Below the pieces are notes generated by a model. The model did not search any database and was not told where the DNA came from. It worked only from the letters and a program-made list of their open reading frames with translations. The translations under genes were made by a program, and so were the position numbers. DNA of 49,666 nt, taken from NCBI GenBank assembly GCA_036630325.1, contig CP142736.1, positions 930,001-979,666 of the forward strand. Direction: 5' to 3'. This stretch comes from Vairimorpha necatrix (lineage: Eukaryota). This document shows, in pieces, positions 12,174-23,670 of this stretch (position 1 is its first letter; the number at the start of each line of letters is the position of its first letter).

Positions 12174-13178
12174 GTAGAAATAGATGAGAGTTAAATTGAG
12201 AAAAATAAATATCATAGGGGAAGGCTTGTTAAGGGGTTTGGTTTAAGAATGGTAGAAAGAACAGAAGAAAAGAAGATAGTTGTTGTTATAATAAACAAAA
12301 GAAACAAAGATACGCTGCTTCCGCTCCTCTTTAAGCATGTTGATTTTAATTCAATCATCCATTCTGATATGTGGAAAGCATATATTTTTGTTAAAAATTA
12401 TTATACAAACCTTAGAACTGTGAATCACAGTTTAACATTTAGGGACAGAGAGACGGGTGGACATACAAACACCATAGAAGGAAATTGGAGGTCTTTAAAA
12501 GCCTCTATACCCTTTATTTGTAGGACTTATGAACTTGCTGAAATATATCTAACTTTATATATGCTTATAAGAAATGAGAGCCAAGACACTTTCAAAGCAT
12601 TATCTAAATTATGTTTTTATTTCATTTTATTTATTTTAATGTTAATTTTATTACATTTTTAAGTCTTAAACACTCCTTATGTTTTTTCTGAAGTTTTCTA
12701 TTCCTTTCCTTTTTTAAAAAAAGGGGCAATTTTTTAAAAATTTTGACCTCCCAGTTTTTTTTACAAAGATGCTGATTTTTGCCAATAATTGAACAATTCA
12801 TTGATTAAAAAACAGCTGATTTGATCTTATCAAATTTAAAAAAATTAAAAAGTACTAGTTATTTTATTATAAATCATTTAATATTATTAGAAAATATATA
12901 AAAATATTTTAAAATTTTGTAATTAATATCATATTATTGTGATAAATTCTATGTACATGTGATTTGAAAGATAAGAGATATATAACATAATATTTTAATT
13001 TCAATTTGACCTCCATTAATTTTTTCCTTGAATTTCTTATTGATTGCTGCAAATTTTAATCATTGAAAACATAAAAAATATTGTCTTTAAAGTAAGAATA
13101 TGCCATTTTAAAGACCGATGATAATTAATTAATAAATTTCTTTCGAATTTTGTCTATAAATAAATAAAAACAACTCAG

Positions 13179-13183
13179 CCCCT
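13179..13183 (+). promoter_or_regulatory. Microsporidian-type CCC initiation motif
   Basis: TATAAATAAATAAAAA tract followed by GCCCCT-ATG. Confidence 0.6.
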
Positions 13184-15070
13184 ATGAAAATTGTGAAAAT
13201 GTTTTTTGCAGTTATATTCTCTAAAAAGAACCAGATTTTATTTGAAAAAATTACTGAGAAATTTATGGAAAAAATACAAAATAATGATTATGTGCCTTTT
13301 GATGTTTCAAATCCAAATTCAAGCATCATTCTAGAAGCTCGTTGCAATGAAAAAGAAATAGTTTTCAATATTGAAGGTCTACATTTTAATGACACCAATT
13401 TGTCCCCTCTTGCGAGTAACAAATCAAAATTAAGTTCTTTTCATATTGTCCATGATAAAAAATCTATTGATAATATAATCGATGAATTGGAAATGAACTT
13501 AGGAAATATACTTTATAACCCTTCAGAGTATTTTCTTGTATTCTTATACAAATTCATAGATGTTATACGATTCCCAATTATGAAATTGTTGCAAGAAAAA
13601 ATAAAGAAATTTAGACATGTAAAACGAGTTAAAGATAACGGATTTGTATTTTATTATAAAATCACCGGCCGTCTAAGTGGACCATTAACAAACATTATTA
13701 TTTTCATCAAATCTTGCAACGACCCTTCTAACATAGAAATAATGAAATCTTCGTTGTATTATTATAAAAATGGTTCGGAAGATAATTATTGTATTGGTTT
13801 GAGTTTCGAAGCAAACAATATTCGTTATTTTTTCGAATTTTCTGTTTCAGAACTAGTATGTCTTGTTGATATAGAACTGAATGCAGAAAGTAAAAGAGAC
13901 AAACATATACTTGAAAAAATTCATGGAATTATAAAGTTCTCTTATCTGAATTTTTACATGATTTCGAAGCCCAAATATGCATTACAGAAACAATTTGATA
14001 ACGAAAATATTACAATAATTATTAATGATAATCCTATCTTTGAAATTAAGATGGACTCTAAAAAAAAAAATGTAATTGTTGTCAACATTCATTATGATCC
14101 ATGCGAAAACGTTCAGGTGAAAGATCTAAAGGAAACTTTTCAAATTAGAAATTGTTCCGATGAATTTAATAAAATACTTGTAAGATATAATAACATCAGA
14201 AATTTTTGTGTCATTACTATGTTTTATAGATTATTTGAATTTAACTTTTTGATTGGATTTTTAATTGAAAGAATTCTTAACAAAGCAGATACATCTATAA
14301 GTATAATATTGACGCATTTGTTTTTACGCAAGAAAATAATAGATAAAAAAATTTACAATGAAATAAGAGATAAAGAGGGCTTTAAAATTAGCAAGATAGA
14401 TTTGCCAGAAAAGTTATTGTCATGTTTTAATAATTCAACGAAAGAAGAAATGCGATTAATTGCTTATTGTCTAATATTAGAAGCCGAAAAATATATCAAT
14501 GAAAATGATATAAATGAGGATAATTTATTTGGTAAGATAAAATATATTGCAGACGTTATTACGGACGAAAACAATAAAAATATTTCCGAAGCAAATTGTT
14601 CAAAAATGTTCTATAACGTAGTAAATAAATCTATGAAAATGTTCAATATGAGTACAGGTAAGAATCAATTTTATTACAAAAATTTAGTTAATGAAAATAA
14701 TCAATTTGTGATAAATTCTGAGAAAAAAGTAAATTTAGAAAAAGATAAAGATAATAACTATAAAAAATCTAATGTAGGTAACATTGACTTACTAAAAATT
14801 TTCGAGAAAATATTAAATATGGTATACAAATACGATATTCGACAGAAATACGAAGATATAGTGGAAAAAAATATATGCAATTTGATTTCATTAATTATTG
14901 ATTCAAGTACTGTTCACTATTACGCCCCCAAAGAAACTGTTGAGCTTGATAAAAATAATATTATTTCGAAATATAATCTTGACTCAGCAAAGATTGAAAA
15001 AGCTTATTTTAAATTGAAAGAGAAATTGAAGGAAAAAAAATTTGAAAATCAAAAGATCCACTGCAACTAA
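13184..15070 (+). CDS. Hypothetical protein, 628 aa
   Basis: Long intact intron-less ORF with CCC motif adjacent to the ATG and AATAAA right after the stop; short hydrophobic N-terminal stretch; no recognised domain. Confidence 0.9.
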   Translation: MKIVKMFFAVIFSKKNQILFEKITEKFMEKIQNNDYVPFDVSNPNSSIILEARCNEKEIVFNIEGLHFNDTNLSPLASNKSKLSSFHIVHDKKSIDNIIDELEMNLGNILYNPSEYFLVFLYKFIDVIRFPIMKLLQEKIKKFRHVKRVKDNGFVFYYKITGRLSGPLTNIIIFIKSCNDPSNIEIMKSSLYYYKNGSEDNYCIGLSFEANNIRYFFEFSVSELVCLVDIELNAESKRDKHILEKIHGIIKFSYLNFYMISKPKYALQKQFDNENITIIINDNPIFEIKMDSKKKNVIVVNIHYDPCENVQVKDLKETFQIRNCSDEFNKILVRYNNIRNFCVITMFYRLFEFNFLIGFLIERILNKADTSISIILTHLFLRKKIIDKKIYNEIRDKEGFKISKIDLPEKLLSCFNNSTKEEMRLIAYCLILEAEKYINENDINEDNLFGKIKYIADVITDENNKNISEANCSKMFYNVVNKSMKMFNMSTGKNQFYYKNLVNENNQFVINSEKKVNLEKDKDNNYKKSNVGNIDLLKIFEKILNMVYKYDIRQKYEDIVEKNICNLISLIIDSSTVHYYAPKETVELDKNNIISKYNLDSAKIEKAYFKLKEKLKEKKFENQKIHCN

Positions 15071-15193
15071 CAATAAAAGAATTTCTATTAATAATTAATA
15101 TTTTCAATTAACTCAAATATTTTAAAATCTAATGTTTTTTTTATATATATATATCAAAATTCTTAAAAATCGAGATGGAATGAACAACAATTC

Positions 15194-16340
15194 GGTCCTA
15201 CTAGGAAAATCGACCCCCTAGAAAAAATCATATTTATTGAGTAACCAAACATTTTTCTAAAAGCAAAGCAAAAGCATGAGGAATTGAATATTTTCTTATA
15301 TTGGCAATGTCTTTTTACGCCAAGAAAATTCTTCTAAATTTAGGGATACGATTATGGTTTAACCCACTTCTTTTTCTATAATCGTGGTTTAAGTGGGACC
15401 AGAAATTTTCAATCTGGTTTGTATGACCACCCTCTCCATTAACAAATCCCTTACTATGATTTACTATTTTATGTACTGATCCAAAATTAGCCACAGCTTT
15501 AGGATATGATGGATATCCATCAGTAACAATAATAGTTTCTGGGAATATATATTTTTTTAAACTCTTCTAAAAGAGTTTCATGTTTTCTATTAGGAACTAA
15601 TGAAACAAAAAATTCGTTCCATCACCTTCTATAACTCCTCCAAGTATCCATTGTATACTTTGAGTATCGTCTTGTATAAACGTTGAATTAATAATCACCA
15701 GACCATTGCATATGGCCGTTTCATCAATTTAATACGTGCATTTTCTCCATCTATCTTTTCAATTCTAGAAGGAGCCTACCTTATAATATCCATTAATACA
15801 TTAATAAATTCAATGTATGTATACTCGGCTATTTGACAAAAATTAATAGCTTGATAATTGGTGTATGAAAAGACCCAACAATACAAGCACCTTAGAATCT
15901 TCTTAAATTCTATATTCAATTTAAAAAATTTGGTGCTTTTTTTTGAAGATCACTTTCTTTTACATTTTTTACTTGGGCATTTGTACCCTTTCCCATCAAT
16001 GAAGGAAGCTGTTTTAATTTTTTTTCATGTTTCTTACACAAGAATTAGATACACATTGCATTACAGGTTTTATTAACCCATTTCTAACAAAAGTGTAATT
16101 GCCATGCCATTATCTTGGAATATAAGATTCCAAGGATCAAGTTCTCCTACCTTTATTAAAATTCCTTCTACTAGCATAATGGGTAAGACAATGGAAAAAA
16201 ATACTATAGCTTAGAAAATCGACCTCCCAGAAAAAAAAATAGACAAAAGAGTAAAAAATTGAGAGATTTTTTGATTTTAAAGAAGTGATAATTTTTTTTA
16301 TACTGTTTTAAGTAGAGGGGTCGATTTTCCATTAGCGCCC
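15194..16340 (-). mobile_element. Second Merlin-family DNA transposon, decayed
   Basis: Imperfect TIRs GGTCCTACTAGGAAAATCGACCCC / GGGGTCGATTTTCCATTAGCGCCC, with an extra internal copy of the TIR core at ~16214-16230. Minus-strand remnants GKGYKCPSKKC, IDETAICNG, IIVTDGYPSYPKAVANFGSVHKIVNHSKGF. Confidence 0.88.
15230..16177 (-). pseudogene. Merlin/ISXO2-like transposase pseudogene
   Basis: CCC-ATT-ATG start at 16177 (MLVEGILIKVGELDPWNL...), several stops and frameshifts; end approximate. Confidence 0.85.
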
Positions 16341-18678
16341 AAAAGGTTATATTTTAATTTATGATATTATAATTTGAAAAGCCCACACTAGTTTAAGTGT
16401 TGCTTAAATTAAATTGGTAAAAAACGTCCTTACACTCATATTTAAACGATAATTAGTTAGATTTTATAAAGATTTTTAGTTCAACAATAATATTCTACAA
16501 TGAAAAATAAGATGATCTATGTTCTATATTATTACAACGTTTAAGCGGTCCATTCAAGACATATTAAGAAGATTCAAAATAGATTTTACAATTGGAAATG
16601 AACTTTTTGAGAATTCTAAAAAAATCAGGAAGCAAGTTGCTATTATAAAGTTCAATAATTAAATAAATAATTAAATTAGTCATATTGTTATTTATTTGTA
16701 ATGCTATAACAAATGCTTATATAATATAGTTATATAAATTAAAAAATTAAATAATTTTAAGAAAGAAATATTTCATTTCTAACATAATCGTCTTTACTTC
16801 AGATGTTTTATAGCACTTAAATTTCGCATTATAAATTTAAAAATAGACATATTTACTAAAAAAGTTAAAAATCTATACAATATCTTAAAAGATAGTATTG
16901 AAACATAACTATTAATCTGGTACAATTATCTAAAATATTTTTAAGAAACATGTATCGTAAACTTATTCAGTTAGCATATTACACACAATAAAAACTCCTT
17001 GCAAAAAGAAAACCTAGCTCAAATATGGAGATGTTGAAATGTCGATCAAGTAATTTTCTATGTTAGTAATTGATCGTTGTCAAATCTTAAGATTACCTTA
17101 ATGTATTTATAAAATCAGCCAGAAAATGGTAAATTTATTTCATATATTATATAAAAACAACACAACTCTTCTAACTTTAAACAAATATTTTATGATAACT
17201 TTAAAATGAATGATTTATAAAAATGTACCTATAAGAGGAAATACAACTAAAAAAAAGATCTTTATAATAAGTAAGATTATTGTTTCATAAATTTATTGGT
17301 CAAATAAAATTTTAAGAATATTCTTTAACTTATCGTCGAAAACCAAGAGTTTTAATCTCTAAAATCAATTAAATTTCCTATTTAAAAAAATCAAAACTTT
17401 TAGTACATTGAAATTTACAAATAAAAGAAAAACGAAAAGAGCTCCCACTATATTCCAGATGTAATCTTGATCCTTTATCGTATATCTATCTCGTTCAATC
17501 TATTTTAATATCATTCACCTTTTTGGCTTTTCTTTTTATAATATGATCTCAAGAGAATGAACAGGCTATATTTGCACCTTGAACTTTATCACGTAAAATT
17601 TTATGGTTAACTAACCAAAATGTTTCTAGAGTTGATTCAAGAGAGCTATATAATTTATATAGAAAATTTAACCTATTCCAGCATTTCCAACACATACATA
17701 TTAATATTAATTTATTCATAAAAATTGATAATTTTGTAGTAGTGGATTCATCAAGATCTTGTCTATTTCTTGTAACATTCTTTTCTACAATCTATAAGTA
17801 GTAATTGAACCCCATAAACATAAATTTTTTTATTTTTGTTTGAGGAGCGAATAATAAATAACAAATCATTATGATTTATTTTACAATTCTATTTGAAAAA
17901 AATAATCTTATGTAGCAGAATATTAAATAGAAATATAATTCATTTAAAGATTAGTGCTCTTATATACATATTAAATGTCTTTAAATCTGAATATGAAAAT
18001 TTGCAAAAAAAATATCAAATTTTTTATGTACATAGCAACAATTTAAAATTCACTATAAATAAAGATGTAAGGGATGCCTCAATTTAATACTACTGTTTTA
18101 TATTTTATGTTTTTAAATCTAAGGTTTAATTAAATTTTTACAAAACATCAATTATCTCTAAATTAATTATCTTTTTGTGGCTTGTAAAAAATTTATTAAA
18201 CTCAAATTCGTATTGCTTAAAAAATAAAAATTATTAAAACCTCGTCAAGACTTTTATTTAATTTCTAGATATGCAAATCCTTGTTTTTTTCTTATAATTT
18301 GACATGACATTGGTGGTATAGACTAGCTTATAAAAAAGCATAAAATTTAATTACTATCACACAAAACATAAGAAAATAATATAATATTTAATATGTTTGA
18401 CAGGTATCTGAAAAAAGTTATAGAAAATGCAACGTAATAATTTATGAATTTGAAGCAGTGTTACACAAAGGACTTGTATACGCTTGATTTTAAATCAAAC
18501 TTATTTGAAACAAAATTTTATTAATGAAGTGTTATTTTATTTATGAGAATAATATAAGATCTGATCGTTAGAGTATATGATAATATTGTATAAATTTAAC
18601 TATTAAAAATAATGTATACTAAACAAGGTAAATTTTAAATTATAAAAATCGGTACATTCCCAAATTCGATAATGATAT

Positions 18679-18802
18679 TGTCGTCGCCAGTACAGGGGCC
18701 ACAAAATATGATACAATTGTCGCAAAATGAATGGTCAATTAAAATATATAAATTCATGCTGGAAAGAGGGGATGGAAAATATTAATAAACGATTTAACGA
18801 CA
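18679..18802. repeat. Solo LTR (124 bp), same family as 12051-12173 in opposite orientation
   Basis: TGTCGT...ACGACA termini; aligns end to end with the reverse complement of 12051-12173; flanks (TGATAT / GGATAT) are not a perfect 5-bp TSD. Confidence 0.85.
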
Positions 18803-19085
18803 GGATATATACTCGTTTTGGATGTGTAAAATGTATTTTTTTTTTTATAACATGTATATATATTAGAAATGTATATTCGGATCAAAGAAAATCTTATATA
18901 ATTTTATTTTATATAAGAAAGCATAAAACTAATATTGTAAATTATTCTATTATTTGGTTAAATCGCTTAATGATCTTTCAATCTGACTAATTTGAAATTT
19001 TTCTTTATGTATAGAAAGAAAACAAAAATTAAAGGAAGTTGAAAATATAATTGGTTTTCTTAAAGGATAACAAAAATTTTAAATA

Positions 19086-19155
19086 AGTGGCCTTGGCAGA
19101 ATGGTTGCACATTGATTTCGGATATCGAAGGTTCAAGGTTCGATTCCCGGTGGCA
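19086..19155 (+). pseudogene. tRNA-Pro-like pseudogene / possible SINE head
   Basis: A-box TGGCAGAATGG, anticodon arm TTGAT-TTCGGAT-ATCGA (CGG), B-box GGTTCGATTCC; acceptor stem does not pair. Confidence 0.6.
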
Positions 19156-19859
19156 ATAAAATTAAAATTTATATTCGCTGTGTAGAAATAGATGCTGTTG
19201 GGCATACAGACGTCACTAAATATAATATTTCAAAATTGATAGACTAAACAAATATTATGAAAAGTATCTTTGTAATAAAATGATTATTATTTTTTAAAAT
19301 ATATTTACAATTTGAATTTTAATACATATAATTTGTCCTTCTGTGTTTCAAAATACCATAGCTGTATATTCTATAGGGATCTAAAAGCCAATTATGGCAC
19401 TCTTGATGTAGAAATTTATGAAGTTTGTTTTTATACAAACAAGATATAGTATAAGATGGAGATCTGTTCAAATATTTCCTCAGTTACAAAGAAGTTTAAT
19501 AAGTTTGCTTTTAGTGTTTTGTGTAAGAGAAAGATCCATCTGAGATCTAGACGATGCATATATATATAATATCGAAATTAGATTTATACGATAAATCTAT
19601 ACTGAATTTTAAAATCTTCCTTTTAATATATTTATTGATTTAATGACGCAATTAGAGGCTTGTATATAAAAATATTCTCACCAAATCAAATCACAATGGT
19701 CACGTCGCAGATAGTGCAGCGCAAGTATTCGGTAATAGTTAAGTGAATAGAAATACCCTATATCAATTGGATTGTTAACTCAATTTCTTTTGAGTTCATG
19801 TATAATACTCCTGATTTCCCCTACTTGCCAAGAATACGAAATTTTAAAGTAAATAAAGG

Positions 19860-20330
19860 CTATAAGTCATAATTTTGTTTTTTAACTTCCAAATTTTTAA
19901 TATTCCAAGGATGACAAGTATATATATTCAAACTTCAAGATAAGAATAAAATCATGAAAAAATAAATTATCTGAAATGACGCAATTTGAATTTTTTGACA
20001 ATTTTGATTTTCTTTCTTTATTGATGAAAAGAACATATACACATTTATAAAAAATAAGAAGTTGTTAAAATTCATGAAAAAAATATTTGTCGTGAATGCA
20101 ATAATTTCTAATTTATGAGTTTTGAAATTTTCATTTGTTAAATGAGGAAAATTCTATATACATATATATATATACAATAAGACTGAAAAGAAAATTATGA
20201 AAAAATAATTAGTCTAAAATGCAATAATTTCTAATTTTAGAGATTTAAATTTTAGATTTTTCAAACACAACAAGTAAATATACAATGTAATAAGAAAGAG
20301 AAGAAAATCATGATAAGTAACTGAGGAAAT
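19860..20330. repeat. Degenerate ~120-bp tandem repeat (3-4 units)
   Basis: Recurrent AAG...AAAATCATGAAAAAATAA...AATGCAATAATTTCTAATTT; also present in copy 2 (~46570-47010). Confidence 0.55.
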
Positions 20331-23300
20331 ATATCACCTCAAAATAATTCATTACAAAAGAACTTAGCTATATCATGAAGGCTTAAAGTAATTATTCTTG
20401 ACATTTTAAACGATCAACTAATTATTAAGAAGAGATGCACTTGTATATGTATATATATTTAAGAAGAGATAATAATATCGACAAAACGAAAATAGTCCAT
20501 CAATAAAATTCAGAATAAACAGTATTGTAAGTACAAAACTTTAAAAGTAGACTTAATATTCTTTACGATTGGGAAATTTTAATTATATCTATCGCTTGCA
20601 AACAAAGTAAAGTTAGTATGTATTATAGAGAAACAATAAAAATTAATTCAATCGTTTATTCAAAAAACACTTTATAATATATTGTTTTGGAAATATTTAT
20701 CTATATAACCAAACTTAGATGATCCAAGAAATTTGTATTTTGAACAGATTTCCATTAATACTACCAAATTGAATAATCTATGTGTGACGAGTCATTTGCA
20801 CACTGAGACGTGCCCTGCCCTAAGTATTAGCCATTATTGACTGGCACATCGATATTCTGAAGAAATCATTGACTTTAGATGGCAAAATGAGCAGGTATAT
20901 ATCTGTAATGTTGACATATAAAGATTTATATAACAAATGTTTCTTGTATTTTAAATATCTCCAATTAGTCATTAGCATTTTACTTAAATAAGACACTTTT
21001 GGGAAAGACTAGGAAAGATTACTTATCAAGGATCGAAAAGCACAGAAAAAATGAACACATTGAAGAAAACAACAATATTCTCTCTTTAGGGCGTAAATTA
21101 ACCTCGAAGTCTATATATAAAATAAACAAAAAATTATATGATACTAGAAATTCAAAATGCCAACAAAATTTATAAATTTTTACTGTGATACGTGTAAATA
21201 TAATAAACATGCCAAGTGCTTAATTTATTTTATACATAAATATATTAAGAAATAAAAATCATATTAACAAGTTCATATTTATTGCAACAATCATATGTAT
21301 CTATGTATAAAAGAATGAAATACCCCGAATCAATTACATCATATATTTTATTCGTACAGACTAAACATAATGAACAATAGTGTTTTTAATGATTTATAAT
21401 AAGAAGTTATGTTTGTTTCTGAGTTATTATAATATCGATTTATTAATATAAAAAATATTTCATATGTAAAAAGAATAAACAAATTATATTAAAGAACCCA
21501 ATCGATGAAAATTAAGTATTGTAAACAATCTAATCATTGTTCTTTTTGGCAAGATAATAGCAAAACCCAAAAACTAAATTAGAGACAAATTAAAAAAAAA
21601 ATTTACGTATCTTATAGATTCTAAAAATATAATGTCAGTAAAAAGACATAATTATAAAAATTCTTTAGGACTGATTATAGAGATTTTGACCGACAATAAA
21701 AAAATAGAAGAGAAATAATCAGTTATATAAGATAGTAAAATATACAAAAGTTGAAAAATAAAGGAATATACAGTAAAAATTTCGAGATTATAATTATTTG
21801 TGATATTGATTATAAATAAAATCATAATTTTACAATATATATACAATAGAGTAATAGAACCCCGCAATTTAATATTTGATATGTTTAGATTTCATAATGT
21901 TAACATTTTATTGTAAAATTATATATTCTTGACAATGAAAAAATTTCATTTTGGATTACTATATTTTTTGAATATTCCAGAGATGAAAATATTTTTCATA
22001 AGATGGGGTGAAAGATCATTTAAATATAACGTTTCTAAAAAAAAATTATATATATATTTTTGAATTACACCCCCTAATAGATATACTTTCTGTTTGCAAA
22101 TAATTAGACTATCTAAATCATACACAATCTAAACAGATAAGAGGACGTTATATATAATATGAAAGAAAACAAATAAAAAGATTACAGATCTAACAATAGT
22201 TATAAAACTGTACACTAAATCAAATTTATTCGTTCACATTAGATATTATACCATGGATTTAATAATTGCAGACATGAATTTTGACCGAACCTTCCTGGGA
22301 TTGATTTGTTTGTAAATTAAATATTTAAAATAAATGCACATATTTTAATTCTGTTCCATAAAAAAACAGTAAAAGGACATTATATTCACATTATAAGTTA
22401 CTTCAAAAATATTTTGACACAAAATAAATTATGCAGAAAAAACCAATAAACTCGTTCGCCCTTATTTCTAATTTCTAAAACCGAATTCCGTACATTAATT
22501 TTTTTTTGGCAGAAAAACAAATCCCTAGATGAAAAAATTATCGAAATGTCGTTTCTTACAATAAAAATTTTGATGTTATGTTCAAGCCATTTATAATATT
22601 AAGGGCGAAAATATATATATGCGAGAAATTAATATTTACGGAAAAAAAAGAATAAATTTCTTTGAAAAACAGTTCAATATTTATTTTAGATGAATCTGTA
22701 GCTTACATTCCTCGTATAAAAGACAAGAAACACATATATCATTATTAAAATAGCAATACCGTCATTGTTTTTTTTTTTTTAAATCCGAACCTAATTTTCT
22801 ATCGTATAACAAAACATAAGGTTACACATTTCATATTCTTTATATTTTTTTAGATTGGAATTGTACTGTTTCTTTAATAGAGCTGTATTCTTTTAATAAA
22901 TATCAGTTGTAGATAAAATCTTGACAAGAAATAAATATGAAAATTACCTTATAAAACCTAGATGAATTGCGCTTAATACGTACGATTCAAGTCGAATTAA
23001 TATTATCAACTTGTTATAAGTTTAGAATATTAAGTAAAGCCGCATGATTTAATGTATCTGTGTAAAATCAAAAATAAGATAAATTCTTACTTAAAAAATA
23101 AATTATATAAAATATAATAATTTTAAGTATTTATATTTTTTAATTATTATTTGAAAATGACAAGAAACGTATTTACAATAAAAATATAATACAAGCGTTA
23201 AAATGATGCAAATCTAACACACTCTTTAAAAACCAAAAAAACTTGCATTTTAGACATAAAACTATGTATGTAGAAATTTTTAAGTTAATAAATTTAAATT

Positions 23301-23670
23301 AAAACTTGCATCAGCAATATATATAGAGTGGATAAAAAAAATTTTCAGTTTAAAACAAAATAACAACCCGTTTTTTGATACAATTTTATAATCAATAGTG
23401 TAATATAAGAAAAATTTACATATAGAGTATAAAAAAACTAAAAACTAATGTTCTATATATAAATTAGAAATGATTATTGTATAAAAAATAATAAGTAATA
23501 TTGTATAAAGTAGCTTTTAATATTAAATTTTAAAATTATATTTTTTGTAGTAGACACTGAATATGTAGAACATTTTGAAAATATTTATGAGATATAAAAT
23601 GAATATCCAGTCCTTTATCTTTAAGATTAACGTCGCTAGAAAAAATTATTGTAACTAAGCCCTTTCCATA

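Larger units (their letters stand above)
11420..12662 (+). pseudogene. Merlin/ISXO2-like transposase pseudogene
   Basis: ATG at 11420; stops, frameshifts and two insertions; C-terminal part is ORF 12249..12662. Confidence 0.88.
11344..12783 (+). mobile_element. Merlin (IS1016/ISXO2-like DDE) DNA transposon, decayed
   Basis: ~70-bp imperfect TIRs (GGCTACAATCAGCAT...GGTCAAAATTTTTAAAAAATTGCCCC and its reverse complement ending GCTGATTTTTGCC). Transposase remnants RCKAGKCRHRFSVR, VIVEIDES*IEKNKYHRGR, IIHSDMWKAY, TVNHSLTFRDRETGGHTNTIEGNWRSLK. Confidence 0.92.
18803..22988 (+). repeat. Long direct duplication, copy 1
   Basis: Colinear with 45517-49666 throughout, with many substitutions and small indels; may extend further right. 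Confidence 0.95.

Noticed and set aside
11344-16340. Composite transposon carrying the 628-aa gene
   Set aside because: The two Merlins have different TIR sequences and there is no shared outer TSD.
17420-17870. Possible minus-strand pseudogene similar to ~43870-44270 (shared CCCATAAACA context)
   Set aside because: Similarity limited to a short AT-rich word; no consistent frame.
19086-19155. Functional tRNA-Pro(CGG)
   Set aside because: Acceptor stem does not pair and the T-stem has a mismatch; kept only as pseudogene/SINE candidate.
20700-21100. Reassigned stop codons (TAA/TAG read as Gln) opening a long frame
   Set aside because: A TGA also interrupts the frame, and all three long ORFs in the window end in TAA with no internal stops, consistent with the standard code.
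21019-21867. Short hydrophobic minus-strand ORFs suggesting a membrane protein
   Set aside because: Not kept open in the second copy; F/I/L richness follows from T-rich composition.
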